Positions 23,215 through 36,570 of a DNA stretch of 64,000 nucleotides are shown one piece after another. The stretch comes from Octopus sinensis. Its lineage: Eukaryota. The stretch lies in contig NC_042997.1 in the NCBI RefSeq assembly GCF_006345805.1, positions 41,168,001 to 41,232,000 on the forward strand, read 5' to 3'. How positions within the stretch are numbered: the first letter of the stretch is position 1; every line of letters begins with the position of its first letter. The notes under the pieces were generated by a model. That model was not told the origin of the DNA and ran no database searches. It saw nothing but the letters and a program-made list of their open reading frames with translations. A program made the position numbers and the translations under genes.

Positions 23215-23512
23215 TGCGGCTTTTAAAAGGAGACATTTCTGTCACCATCTCCTTTACATAGGGTCGTTCACTACAAACTCATAAAGCAAAATAAGCCGAA
23301 TATGCTCATTTGTCACTTTCATTACAGCTTCGAAAAAATAATTGTTAAAATTGAACTGCACTCCTCAAAATTTGCACTAAGAATAAGGGCATAATAAAAT
23401 TACTACCTGCCTTTATAGCAAGTTGATGCAGGTAGTTCATCCCGACTCTATCTGATTTTAGTTTAGGCAATTGAGAAAACCATATTATTTATGGGATGAC
23501 CCAATATATATA
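23215..23512 (-). mobile_element. mariner 5'-end fragment
   Basis: Minus strand TATTGGGTCATCCCATAAATAAT, homologous to 44677 and running into the start of the transposase. Confidence 0.7.
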
Positions 23513-23517
23513 TATAT

Positions 23518-25135
23518 CATCATTGTCGTCATCCTTTAACGTCCATTTTCATTGCTGGCATGGGTCAGACGATTTGTCTGATGGGTGGAAAGTCAGAAGG
23601 CTGCACCAGGCTCCAATCATATCTGACAGAGTTTCTGCAGCTGGATGCCCTTCCTAACACCAACCACTACACGAGTGTAGTGGGTGCTTTTTACATTCCA
23701 GTGGCACAAGTGCCAATTAGGCGGTACTTGCATTAACCATGCTTGAATGGTGCTTTTTATGTGCCACTAGCAGAGGAACCAGTCAAGCGGCACTAGCATT
23801 GACCATACTCAAATGGTGCTTTTTACATGCCACCAGCATGGGTGGCAGTCAGGCGGTACTGGCATTGGCCACAACAATGATTTCATTTAACTCAACAGGT
23901 CTTCTCAAGCACAGTTTATTGACCGATGATTGACAGGTAATCTTAAATGGGCTGGTTATGCTACACTGGCCACGGTTATGGTCTCACCTGGCTTACCAAG
24001 TCTTCTAAAGCACAGCATATCCCCAAAGATCTCGGTCACTTGTTATCGTCCCTGTGAGGCCAAACATTCAAAGGTCATGCTTCACCTCCTTATCTCAGGT
24101 CTTACTGGGTCTACCTTTTCCAAAGGTCCCTCTAATGCTAGGGTGTGACTCCTTTTCACACAGCTGTCCTCATCTATATGTAACCCATGACCATACCAAC
24201 ACAATCATCTCTCTTGCACACCATATCTGATGCTTCTTATGTTAAACTTTTCTCTCGGGGTGCTCACACTCTGACATGTATGCACACTGACATTACACAT
24301 CCAGTGGAGCATACTAGCTTCATTTCTTGCAAGCTTACACATGTTTTCAGCAGTCACAGCCCATGTTTCACTGCCATGTAGCATAGCTGTTCACATACAT
24401 GCATCATACAGTCTACCTTTTACTCTGAGTGAGAGGCATTTTGTCACCAGCAGAGGTAGGAGCTCTCTGAATTTTGCCAGGCTATTCTTATTTTAGCAGC
24501 TACACTCTCAGAGCATCCACCCCACCCCACCACTAACTTGGTCACCTAGGTAATAGAAGCTATCAGCTACTTCTAGTTTCTCTCCCTGGCATGTGACAGA
24601 ATCTGTTTTCTGTGCGTTTGCCACACACAAAAACTATCTTCTCAGTTAGCCTTCCTTTGATATTGCTGCACCTCTTATGTGTCTAAAGCTTGCACCGTGT
24701 ACATCTTATGGACTTTCAACCTATACTTTTTCTACAGACCAAGCAGGGTCATCTACCTGAAGGGATTTGTGATTTGTCTGCCTTCCTACTTATTAGGACT
24801 TTGGTTTTAGCTAGGTTGACTCTAAGGCTCTTTGATTCTAGACCTTGCTTCCACACCTGAAACTCCTCCTGTTGTTCTGATAGTGACTCAGCAATTAGAG
24901 CAAGGCCATCAGTATAGAGGAGCTCCCAGAGGCATCCTGTCTTGAATTCCTCCATTATTTCCTGGAGGACTATGATAAATAGGAGGGGGCTGAGGACTGA
25001 ACCTTGGTGGACCCCTACCTCTACCCTGAATTCTTCACTACACTCATTGCCAATCTTCACCTTAATGATAGTATCCATGTACATAGCTTGTACAGCTCTC
25101 ACTAACCATATCTATCCTGAGTTTCCACATTGACC
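23518..25135 (-). mobile_element. RTE (Expander/Rex3-like) LINE, 5'-truncated
   Basis: ORF 24749-25102 FRVEVGVHQGSVLSPLLFIIV..WELLYTDGLAL..LRVNLAKTK; (GAT)n tail. Confidence 0.88.
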
Positions 25136-25332
25136 ACCAGATAAGGGATCAGCGGACTAGCTTTAAAAGTTGAACTCCTAGCAGACTTTTCAGCTCACTC
25201 ATGAAGAGGCTCATTGGGCATGTCGTCCAAAACTAAAGGGAGCTAAATAGCATGATTATGATACATCTATAATGAGTATACGCCCTAGTAGCTTTTGATC
25301 AGAAGTTAAGGATGAATGAAAATTAATTCTAA

Positions 25333-26350
25333 GGTGAGGGTTGGCAACGAGTATAGTGAAGAATTCAAGATAGAAGTAGGGTTTCACCAAGGATCAGTCT
25401 TTAGTCTCCTCATTCATTATAGTCCTCCAGACAATAACAGAGGAATTCAAGACAGGCTACCCCTGGAAGCTCCACTATGCTCATGACCTTGCTCTAATAG
25501 CCGAGAACTAGAGACAAAGTTTCGGGTGTGGAAGCAAGGTCTAGAATGGAAGGGCCTCTGGGTATACCTAGCAAAACCAAAGTCTTAGTAAGTATGATGC
25601 ATGTGTGTGCAAACTGTCATGCTACACGGCAGTAAAACATGGGCCATGACTGCTGAGGACGTGTAAGCTTACAAGAAATGAAGCTCGTATGCTCCACTGG
25701 ATGTGTAATGTCAGTGTGCATACACAACAGAGTGTAAACACCCTGAGAGAAAAGTTGGACCATAAGAAGCATCAAATGTGGTGGGCAAGAGAGACGACTG
25801 TGCTGGTATGGTCATGTTATGTATGGATGAGGACAGCTGTGTGAGGAAGTGCCACTCCCTAACTGTGTAAGGAACCTGTGGAAGAGGTAGACCCAGGAAG
25901 ACCTGAGATGTGGCAATGACGGGAAAACAAGACCTTTGGAGATATGATGTGATTGAGAAGACCCTGCAACTAAAGTGGGATCACAGCCATGGCCAATGCC
26001 AGTGTTGCATGTCTGGCCCATTTAAGAGTACCTTTGATGTGTCGGGCAATATGATATGCTTGAGAAATCCTGTTGAGTGAAGTAAAACCAAAATCGTAGC
26101 TGTGGCCAGTGCCCCCTCACTCACTCCTGTTCCAGTGGTTTGTAAAATGCATCATCCAAATGTGGTCGATGCCAGGTTCACCTAACTGGCTCCCATGCCA
26201 GTGGCATGTAAAAGGCACCCACTGCACTCTCGGAGTGGTTGGCATTAGGAAGGACATCCAGCTGTAGAAGCATGCTGGCTCTCCAAACCTGTTAAACCGT
26301 CCAACCCATGCCAGTATGGAAACAGACGTTAAAACGATGATGATCATCAT
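25333..26350 (+). mobile_element. RTE LINE, 5'-truncated, inverted relative to the 23518 copy
   Basis: Same RT segment (KVRVGNEYSEEF...) and same 3' end, ending AAAACGATGATGAT. Confidence 0.85.
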
Positions 26351-26764
26351 CATTATGAATCATTCTATTGATCCAGTCCCAAGCTGAATTCCAACTGTTG
26401 GCCAATTCATTTCTCCCAAAGTTCTTATCTCAATGTAAAATTAACAAAGTGAATGTCATCTATCTCCCCTCTGGATTTCTGACGTCAACTGACAAATGCC
26501 ATCCAGGATGGTGTGAATCAGCCAAGCTTTACCTGCTAGAAATAACAACCTAAATGCTTTTAAATCAGATCCCAATGCTGGATGTTCGAGAACCAAATAA
26601 ATGAGATTTTCAATCCTGAGATCATTCTAATTCCAAAAAGGTATATTTTTGAGCAATTGTAGACTGAAATACAGACAGACAGAATTTCACTTTTATTATA
26701 ATAGATAAAAAAAAATCAACAAAAAATAAATGAGAATGTCTTTATAGTAAAAATATGCACGTAC

Positions 26765-27135
26765 CATCCTTTAGGTTTTGTTGTCTCTTCATTTTATATT
26801 TCCTCCCTCTGAGTTGAAAACTCATTTTCTTAATATCAAATTTTATGTTTTCCCAATCAAGGGTTTTTTTCTTCTGTGAGTATGCTTTCTCAAGCTTGGC
26901 ATTTACTTTGTCTTCAAACATTTGTAGGTTTGCTGGAAAATTTTCATCAAAGTAAGACCATTGTACCATTGTTTTAAGAAGAGTTTCCTCGTCAGTTTCT
27001 TTGAATCCCATTAATAATGATTGGAGAGAGAGTTTAGCATCTTTTACAAGAGAATGTCTGCCATAAATTGTAATTTTGTTACTGATAGAAATCTGGACTT
27101 CATGTGTTCTACTAATATCCCTTAAAACTCAGCTT
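26765..27135 (-). CDS. macro-PARP exon: KH-like linker + WWE domain, with +1 frameshift near its 5' end
   Basis: ttttttttcag / KLSF[fs]KDISRTHEVQISISNKITIYGR...VQWSYFDE...FEDKVNAKLEKAYSQKKK...KRQQNLKD / G-gtacgt; 371 bp where 3n+1 (370) is needed. Confidence 0.85.
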
Positions 27136-27649
27136 CTGAAAAAAAAATCAACAAATATTTCAAGGAAGAGAGAGAGAGAGAGAAACATCACCACTGCCAC
27201 TAATACCTGTTACCAAGAATCACTATAAATGTTCCTAACATCCTAAATGACCACCATGTAGAAATACATTTTCCACTGGGTTGCTCTCATTTGTTATTTT
27301 TTTGTTTTTTGAAGACTTAATGTGAACAAATAATTTAACGTACACACTCAACTCTGAGTAAGTCTATGTGCAAATAAATATATATACATATATACTAACT
27401 TGTATTCACATTTACTAATGCTACGGTGCCCCCCCTCCACATCATACACAATTTATGCACATGAATCTAACTGAACAACTAGGAAGGAATTCAATATGAA
27501 TGGAGGACTCCTGTCTGTGGGAGGGTTTTTTGAATCTAAGGTTACTTGTTCTAGCCAGATGTAAGGAATTCTTCTTTTTTCCAATAGTTTAATCTGTTGT
27601 GTGCATAGAAATAACAATAATGATACCCAACAAAACAAGGGCAATCTCA

Positions 27650-29400
27650 GTTATTGAATCCCTCCTTATTAACAAATTGAACACCATCCATAACAACTGG
27701 AAGGAACTACACAAAGCACTTGAGATTTCGCATTTGACTGGATAATATGATGTGGATGATCAGATCGGTGGTGGAGGTAATGTGGACTCGCAAAATAACT
27801 CTGTCACTATCTCCCTAAAGACAACTTAACTTTGGTGTCCAAAACTTCAACGCTTGTTTTTGAAAAACTAGATGTAAGTTTCTGTTGGACCTAAAGCCAT
27901 AGCTTTTAGCATAATTGACACAAATGCAAGAAGTCACTTAAACTATCCCGTGATCCTTCTCAGACAAAAAAGCTGTCATCAATTAACTGTAACCAGACTA
28001 TATAGGGATTTGAATGTGTTCATTAACTATGTCTGAATTTGTCATGAAGACATTTGTGAAATTAACTGCCATGGGTGCCCCCATGGTGCAGCCCCTGTCT
28101 GGTGGTAAAATTTTGTCCAAATTTCATTGTGTTACTTCGTAACACAAACACCAATAACCTACAAAAAAATATGATGGAATGCTTTTGTTTGACCGCTTTT
28201 CAAAGCCATTCATGCATGCTTATACCCCTCATCATGGTCAATATTCGGATATATAAGGAAGAAACGTCCATGGTTATCAAAAACACTTTTTTGACATGGA
28301 TTGGGGCTTTAAAATGATTTGTATGACAGAGGTGATAACTGGAAACATACAAATGCTTCTGTTCATCATTATGTCAAATGCAGTTACAGTGAATCATGAT
28401 AAAAGGAAATAGCAAATGACATAGCTAAGCCGGTCATAGTGCTAGTGCATGCATATACAGCTGCGTGCGTGTGCACATACATGCGAGTAGTACTGTCCAA
28501 ATCTCTGACCAATCACATACAGTAGCTGCATCATTCAATTGGCATATCAAGTTTCGGGCATTTTGATTGGGTTTTGGATATAAAAATTCACAAAGAAAAG
28601 TCACTTCATTGATTTTTTAATGGCTTTGCAGGGTGACTGGGAAATGTAAAGATGTGCACGACCACCTTTGGATGGTTTTGAATGACCATAGAAAGTGCAA
28701 GCTCTCTAACGGAAAATTTTGCCGTTTATGTTTATAAGAGATTAGCAAGAAAGTCAACACAATACAATATGTGAGAGAAATTCTTTAGTGATTAACTAGC
28801 ACTGAAATTTCTCTGGCATTTCAAAAGTGTTGCCTGAAAGATACCAGCATTGTGGCAGAAAAATATCCTTGTTTCAAACAGAAATTTCCTCAGCACCCAT
28901 TCTAGACGTTAGATAGTGTAGAATATAAGAGAATTATTGACCTTTATTTCTGACTCCAAGGAAACTAACATGGAGTATCTGCATGCTGTGCCTTGAAAAA
29001 CAGTCGTCAAAAAAAAGGTAAGCCTGTTCATAGTGCAAACAACATGAGTCAGGGAATTCCATCAGGAATCATAACAGAAATGTTATGATTATACAGAAGG
29101 TGGGATATATAGAGATTCCCATTTGGTGTATGCGCGGGATGCATGAAACACAACTTGGTTTATGTGGTTGTACATCAGAACAATTAAACAAAAGACTTAA
29201 TGGGCACAGATATGATGTCAGGCACATAATATTAGAGTAGTTCGACGCAGTATTCTCAAAAATAGTTCTGAATGCGGCTTACACTGTCACTTCTCAAAAT
29301 GCATGCGGAGAAATGTTTGCGGTTATTAACATCAGCCCTGGAGGAATAATGAAATGATAAAGAAAGTATCATCAAATTCCATACAAAACTGTTGATTAAG
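27650..29400 (+). mobile_element. Highly degenerate Penelope-like element
   Basis: TAMGAPM at about 28066-28087 and CTSEQLNKRLNGHRYD (GIY-YIG-like) at about 29170-29220; no long ORF. Confidence 0.45.
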
Positions 29401-29544
29401 ATAGAATCTTTTTCCTTTCCTTTTAATTTTGTCTTTCCTCTATTTTTCTGTCTTTTTCTTTTTTCTGTTAAAATTGAAACTTAAAGACCGATGATGTCAT
29501 TTCCATCAACGTTTGGACACTGTTGCTCTCATTCATACTTTGGA

Positions 29545-31260
29545 TTTAGATAACCAAAAAAAAATAGTGTAATATGTGTCAAGTAACTTGCTCTAAACAG
29601 AATATGAAATATAAAAGGGGCGCTCTCGCGAAGAGGGTGGGGGGAGAGGCCTCGGTAAATTTATATCATGAATTTCCGAAGCGTCTGAACCGGGCACAAA
29701 AACAAAACATCGTATATGTTGTAAAACAACATTGCTCTAAAACGACTAATCATGAAAAAAAAAATGCGCGCTCGCGAAAGGAGTGGGGGAGAGGCTTACG
29801 GAAATTTCACATCTTCAGTCCCTGCCTTTAACTATGAAAAATAGTGTAATTGGTGTAAAACTACTGTTCTAAAGATTATCAGACCACACACAGATCATAA
29901 ACTCCTCTTTTTGTACATATTTCGCAAAAAAAAAATAAAATAAAGAGAATAAATTCCTGGAAAAGTTGAAGAAATGTTGGATCTCCGCCATGTGAATCAA
30001 ATACGTGTCAGAAACATCTGAAAAAAATACAGAATTATGTTACGAAAATGATAATGTATAAACATACCTCTTTGAGTGGTCCTCGATCATGATGATAAAG
30101 ATGAGTTGGATTTGAACTCAATATTGACTAACCAACTACATACTACAAGACTCAAAATATTAAGCAGTAACCACCCTTTAACTAGCAATAATAATAACAT
30201 CAATAACATAACAGTTCCAAAGATTTATTTGTTCTGACAATAACAATCATAGTATATAAATCAATATGTTTCTTTAATATTACATTCATGTTCCAGTTAA
30301 ACACACTCATACAAACAGTCACGCATGCAAAATACAGAACGGAAAACACATAAATTGAAGGATGCATTCTTAGTATATATTACATCTAGAGAGAATTTTG
30401 ATTAATATTCCACTATGGCAAATTATAAAGATAATTAATGCTTTAACTAAACAGTGTTGTAAAGGTTTACAAAATAAATTTGGGAAAAATACTGCCAAAC
30501 TAATTAATAAGGATAATTAGGGAAGGATTGACACAAATAATCTTTTTTCTGATAAATGCATCTTAGACATAAGTGAGAAGAATTGCATATAATCTGAACT
30601 ATTTCAAAGAAACCATAAATTTAATGTTTAAAATAGCTTGACCAGGAATGAGATACCAACATTTCTTCACTTTTTCCAGAATTTCTTCTCTTTATTAAAT
30701 TTTTTTTTTTTGCGAAATATGGACAACAAACGGAGTTATGATTCATGGTGTGAGTGTGGTGTTTCTTGATAACTCGTTTAGAACAAGTATTTACAAACCA
30801 ATTACACTTTTGTTTTTTCTTAGTTTAAAGGCAGTATAAGACTGAAGAGTGAAATTTTCCGACGCCTCTCCCCCACCCCCTTTCGCGAGCGCGCATTTTT
30901 TTTCATGATAGTCGTTTAGAGCAGTTGTTTTACACCTATTACGCTGTTTTTGTTTTTGTTTTTGTGCCCGTTCAGACGCTTTCGGAAATTCCCGTATAAA
31001 TTTTCCGAGGCCTCTCCCAACCCCTCTTTCGCGAGAGGCGCATTTTTTTTTTTCATATTCGTTTTAGAGCTAGTTGGATTTACACATATTCCACTATTTT
31101 TTTTTTTGTTTGGTCCGTGTCAGCCCCGCAGACGCTTTCGGACTTTCCTGATGTGAATTTTCCGAGGCCTCTCCCCCACCCCCCTTTCGCGTGCGCGAAT
31201 TTTTTTTTCAAATTCGTTCAAGGACGTTGTTTTACACCTTTACACACATTTTTTTTTTTG
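29545..31260. mobile_element. Foldback-like element with about 430-bp imperfect inverted arms
   Basis: About 29545-29975 is the reverse complement of about 30655-31110; arms are built from 125-135 bp subrepeats containing CGCGAA..GGGGGAGAGGC; AT-rich spacer. Confidence 0.75.
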
Positions 31261-32026
31261 ATTTTCTGATAGACGTAACGCCCTATATTAACCCCTCACA
31301 GCAAGAGGTGCAAATGAGAGTAGCTTATCAAACTCCATTCTTCACCAAGTGCCACATATTAGAGGAGGCTCTTAGTAATAACAGTGTAGCACAAAACGGC
31401 GGTGCATCAGCATGGCCGCAGCTCTGAGCTGAAACTAAAAAAGAAAAAAAAAGAGTTTATAGAACAATATCCTATACTGTTAAAGATGGAGAAAAGAAGA
31501 TGTTAAAAGTTTGAAAAGAATTTAATCCATGCATGTGATTGTTTCAAACAGAACATAAACATGTCAATAACATAATAGGAAAATTAGAAATCAATGTAAT
31601 TATAATTTTCTTATATTCACTTTCACATTACCTTATATTAGTTAGGAAATTATTTATAAAATATTACTATAGATTTTTCACCTCCTTTATGCCAAACTAG
31701 ATTCTCGACTCATATTGAAATTTTTAATATTTATACAAAGACATAGTCAACCTACAAAAATAGAAACATACAATTTTTTAAAATAACACTTTTACGACTT
31801 GGTCTCAGCCGTATTTCCATACATTGTTATTTTTTCTCAACCTCTCAAAAACACTTGATTATCATCGAACGGTTTTTTTATTCTTAACCACAGCAAGTAA
31901 TTTCTTTCTTTATTCTGTAATATTAACAACTATTCTTCTATCTTTATTCTTTATCTTATATTATTTCACACAACAAATATTAGTTTTTTCACTAAAAAAC
32001 TTTCCCTATTGTATTAGCTATTGATT

Positions 32027-32280
32027 GTGGAGGCACGTGGCTTAGTGATTAGGGTGGTCAGCATCATGATTGTAAGATTGTGGTTTCGATTCCTGGACCG
32101 GGCGACGCATTGTGTTCTTGAGCAAAACACTTCATTTCACGTTGTTCCAGTCCACTCAGCTGGCAAAATGAGTAACGCTATGATGGACTGGCGTCCCATC
32201 CAGCTGGGGAACACATATGCCATAGAAACCAGGAAACCCAGGCCCATGACCTGGTTAGGCTTTAAAAAGGGCACATGTAT
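32027..32280 (+). mobile_element. tRNA-derived SINE (second family)
   Basis: TGGCTTAGTG A box, GTTTCGATTCC B box and GTTCTTGAGCAAAACACTT core. Confidence 0.8.
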
Positions 32281-33259
32281 TTTATTAGCTATTAATTACT
32301 CCATCGCAACTCCATATATATTTTTTGTTTATAATTCAAGTAGCTTAAATAAAACTGTATTAACTATTTCCTATTTCTTATTCTCAAACAAGATTTTTTT
32401 AAAATAATTTCTTTAAATATACACCATACTTAATATTTCTTACCACTTATAACTGTCAAATCAGATATTAATTTAAATATAGCTATGCTGTCCCATTTGA
32501 TGCTAATATATATATATTACTTCTTATGATAAATGCCTTATATTTATATCGAGTGTATATCACTTAATTACTTATTATTATATAGAGAAAATGTTTCTTA
32601 AACATCTTACACTTGTATTTTAAAGTAACCATTAGCTGCATCAGTTTTAGTTCATACACAACTATGACTCAATAACACTATCTTAGCATATATATAATAA
32701 GTATATCCGAATATGTTATGTGCTATTCACTCCATCAAGTCTTCTGTGACAATATAAAATTATTTTTTTTGATGTATTCTTTTTTTTGCACAGAGGAGAA
32801 GAGTAATATGTAATTAATTTAATTATAATTAAATTATTTTAAATTGATTTCTAATTTTTCTACCATGTTATTTTCATGTTAATATTGCTGTTTGAAACGA
32901 TTGTATGCATGGATTAAATTCTTTTCAAACTTTTAACATCCTCTTTTTTCCATCTTTAACAGTTTGTTCAGTTTCTGTAGGATATTTGTTCTATAAATTC
33001 TCATAACACACCTTATACTTTTAATATATGATATATACATTATAAAAATATGTTAATGTTATTTAATTTCTGAATGGTTTTACTGCTGTTTGTTAATGTA
33101 GTTTGATTTGTTTATCCATCAGTTTCTATTAAGATAAGGTGCAAGTAAAATTAATGATAGAGAAATGAAAATAAAACTTTGGAAACAACCTAAAGGGAGA
33201 TAATTGAGAAAGACTTGAAAGTGAACGTAAGATCATAATCATGTAAAGTAAAGATAACA

Positions 33260-33405
33260 AATAATCCAGACTCCTTGTCCGGTATCGGATAGATCCCAAA
33301 ATTTAATCCATTCATGCTAGCGGTTCTTGAGATATCTTGTCCATAGACAAACAAACAAACAAGACTGAAAACAATACCTCCGCCTTCACTAAGGTGGAAG
33401 CAATA
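33260..33405 (+). mobile_element. Helentron/HINE-like 3' end
   Basis: (CAAA)n then GAAAACAATACCTCCGCCTT-CACT-AAGGTGGAAG hairpin. Confidence 0.45.
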
Positions 33406-33549
33406 CTAATAATAATAAGAAGACTGATAATAATAAGGGAACTAATATTGGTAAAAGACTGCATGGAGCTAGAGTCAATATAGACTCCTATGTAGGTAAT
33501 AGTGAAGCCAGTTCATTAAGAGATGTTAAAGTCACAGCAATACATAGGG

Positions 33550-34052
33550 AAACCCCAAAAAGAAAGTAAGTGAAAAAACCAGAAAAAGAACAAAAGTTAT
33601 CTGATTGGCAGGAGAAGGCTTTGCATGGTAGATTCTCAAAGATATTTGCAGCAAATAATAGTCATAAAATATGGTTGTGGTTGAAGAAAGGAAAGCTGAA
33701 AGGGAAACAGAAAGCTAGGTAGTAGCAGCACAAGATCAAGTGCTAATGACTAATTGGATAAAAGCCAAGATAGACAAAAACCAAGTAGATTCCCAATGTG
33801 AGTTATGCAAATGAAAAAGGGAAAGTGTTATTATAGAAAGTGAATGTAGCATGATGGCACAGAAAGAATACAAGAAAAGATAACCTAGAGAGAGCAATCC
33901 ACTGGACGGTCTGTAGAAAGCTAGGATTTGACCATACTGATAAATGATATTAGCATGAACCTAGTAAATTATTAAAAAGTAAGAAATATAAGATGTTGTG
34001 GGACTTTAACATTCAGACTGACAGAATAATAGAAGCTAGAAGGCCTGATTTG

Positions 34053-34083
<31 letters not shown>

Positions 34084-34445
34084 ATAAAGACAATAGAAAT
34101 TGTGCCAGATAATTGACTTTACAGTCCCAAATGATGAAAAAAATCAATATGAAAGGTATACAAAAAATTGTAAAGTATCAGGACCTAGCCATTGAATTAC
34201 ATAGATTATGGAAAGGGTAGGTAAAATGTATCCCTGTAGTTATAGGGGCATTAGGAACTGTCCCTAAATATTTGAGTAGGTAGAGGAAATAGGCATAAAA
34301 CCTAGTTTAGTACAGCTCCAGCAAATGGTGTTATTAGGGACTGCCAGGATACTCAAGAGGGTTCTAGGCATCTAAGGTTACTTGTTGTAGCACGATGTTA
34401 GGATTATTTTCATTTCCAATGGTGTAATCTGTTGTGTGCATATGA
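33550..34445 (+). mobile_element. R4/Dong-like LINE 3' fragment, degenerate
   Basis: LWDFNIQTDRIIEARRPDL, KYQDLAIEL..LWK and LLGTARIL; followed by (AAT)n. Confidence 0.8.
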
Positions 34446-34486
34446 AAATAATAATAATAACAACAACAATAATAATAATAATAATC

Positions 34487-36150
34487 AGCCACCTTTTATA
34501 TATGGATGACCTAAAACTATTATGCTACAAATGACAAACAGCTGGAAACACTACTAAAGACAGTTCATGGATTCACCAAAGAAATAGATATGAAATTTGG
34601 ATTAGAAATATGCGCCAAAGTAACCCTGAAAAGAGGAAAACTAGTTAAGAGTAGCAACATCACACTAGATAAAACCAATGAAATAAAAGAATTAGACCAA
34701 AGCCAAACTTACAAATACTTAGGAATCCATGAACTAGATAAGACACAATACACACAAATGAAAAAGAAAATAAAGAAAGAATACTATAGACGAGTTAGAT
34801 CAATACTAAAAACAGAGCTCAATGCTAAAAACAAGATAATAGGTATTAACACTTTAACCGTCCCAGTTATAAGTTACAGCTACAATATCCTTAACTGGAT
34901 GCTAAATGAACTAACCAAAATAATAGGAAAACAAGAAAAATAATGACAGGATCTAGGATGCATCACCCAAAATCTGACATAGAAAGGCTATATATACAAC
35001 GTATAGAAGGTGGTAGAGGCCTTATAAAGCTGGAAAACTATTATAAAATAACCACCATAGGACTGCAAAAATATCTACCTCAGAAGGAAGGAAAACTGAT
35101 ACAAATAGCGGCAAATCATAAGAAAAATAAAAAATTGTTCTCAGTAATTAAAGAAGCTGACAAATGCAAACAAGAAATCATACTACCTAACAAATATGAA
35201 GAAGAAGAAGAAAACATAACAAAAGCTATAAAGCAAATGAAATCAAAACTAAAACTAGAACAGCAACGGACCATGATAAAACGATGGCAAGAAAAGCCCC
35301 TTCATGGCAAGTACTGGATTAAACTAAATGCAAAAGAAATAGACAAAGAAAAATCCCAGCAGTGGATGAGAAGCTCAGGATTGAAAGCAGAGACAGAGGG
35401 ATTTTTAATAGCAGCACAAGACCAAAGCCTCCCCACTAGAAATTACCAAAAACATGTAATGAAAAGAAATATAACAAGTAACTGCAGAATATGTGGAGAT
35501 GGACAAGAAACAATAAATCATATTATCTCTGGCTGCCCAGTCCTGGCTAAGAAGGAATATATTCACAGACATGACAGAGTTGGAACCTACATACACTGGA
35601 AGCTATGCCAACATTATGGAATAACAACAGAAAAAAGATGGTATAGGCACACACTAGAAAAGGTCACAGAAAACGAGAAAGCAACCATACTCTGGGATAT
35701 GCCAATACACACAGATCAAGAAATTAAGGCCAATAGACCAGATATAGTTGTCAGAGATCATGAAGAAAAAAATGCTTTCTAATTGATGTATCAATACCAG
35801 CAGATGACAACGTGTCTCTAAAAGAAATGGAGAAACTTTCGAAATACAAAGACCTGGAAACAGAGGTAACTAGAATGTGGAATCTAAAAACAGAAACAAT
35901 TCCTATCATAGTAGATGCATTAGGCATGATAAAAAAATATTCAGACAAATGCATAACTAAAACACCAGGACTTACGAACACATATAACATACAGAAAATT
36001 GCACTACTAGGCACTGCACACATCCTACGCAAAACACTTTCAATACAGTAACCATCAGAGCATCACAACAAACCACAGCACATACCCAAGGCACACAGAG
36101 CTGCGCTCGGTAGTGAAGTGAAAGCACGTTATAAAAATAAAACTACTGAA
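34487..36150 (+). mobile_element. R4/Dong-like LINE, best-preserved copy (RT end, CCHC, REL endonuclease)
   Basis: YMDDLKL, MKFGLEIC, TYKYLG, GGRGL, CRICGDGQETINHIISGC, LWDMPIHTD..NRPDIV and KLSKYKDLE in ORFs 34590-36051. Confidence 0.92.
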
Positions 36151-36159
36151 TGATAAACG

Positions 36160-36570
36160 CATACCCTCCATCAGACACCTACCATATTCTGAGCGCCTTG
36201 TTTCCCTGGGCATGGATTCACTGACGCTCCAGCGTCTGGCGACGGACTTGGTAAACACCCTCAAAGTTATCAACCACCTCACCAACAACAACACTGAACA
36301 CCTTTTTGATCTCCATGTGTCTAACACACGTGGACATGCCTACAAAGTCAGAAAACAACACAGCTCCCATGACTTTTGGAAACATGTTTTCACGCTCAGA
36401 GTTGCTGAAGCATGGAATAAACTGCCTGCGTCAGTTGTTGACTGCCATGACACTGCATCCTTTAAGGCCCTCATGCTTTCCGAAATCCGCCGAAACTACA
36501 CCTGATTATACATACACTTTAGATGAGTTGTAGTGCACCTGAGCACTGTACACAATTATTATTATTATTA
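36160..36570 (+). mobile_element. CR1-like LINE 3' end
   Basis: NTRGHAYKV...FTLRVAEAWNKLPASVV; (TTA)n tail. Confidence 0.85.

Noticed and set aside
27129-27131. TGA in frame with the WWE reading frame, as a candidate for A-to-I recoding to Trp or for selenocysteine
   Set aside because: It would need a phase-2 upstream donor, but the donor at 41800 is phase 0; editing cannot repair a frameshift.
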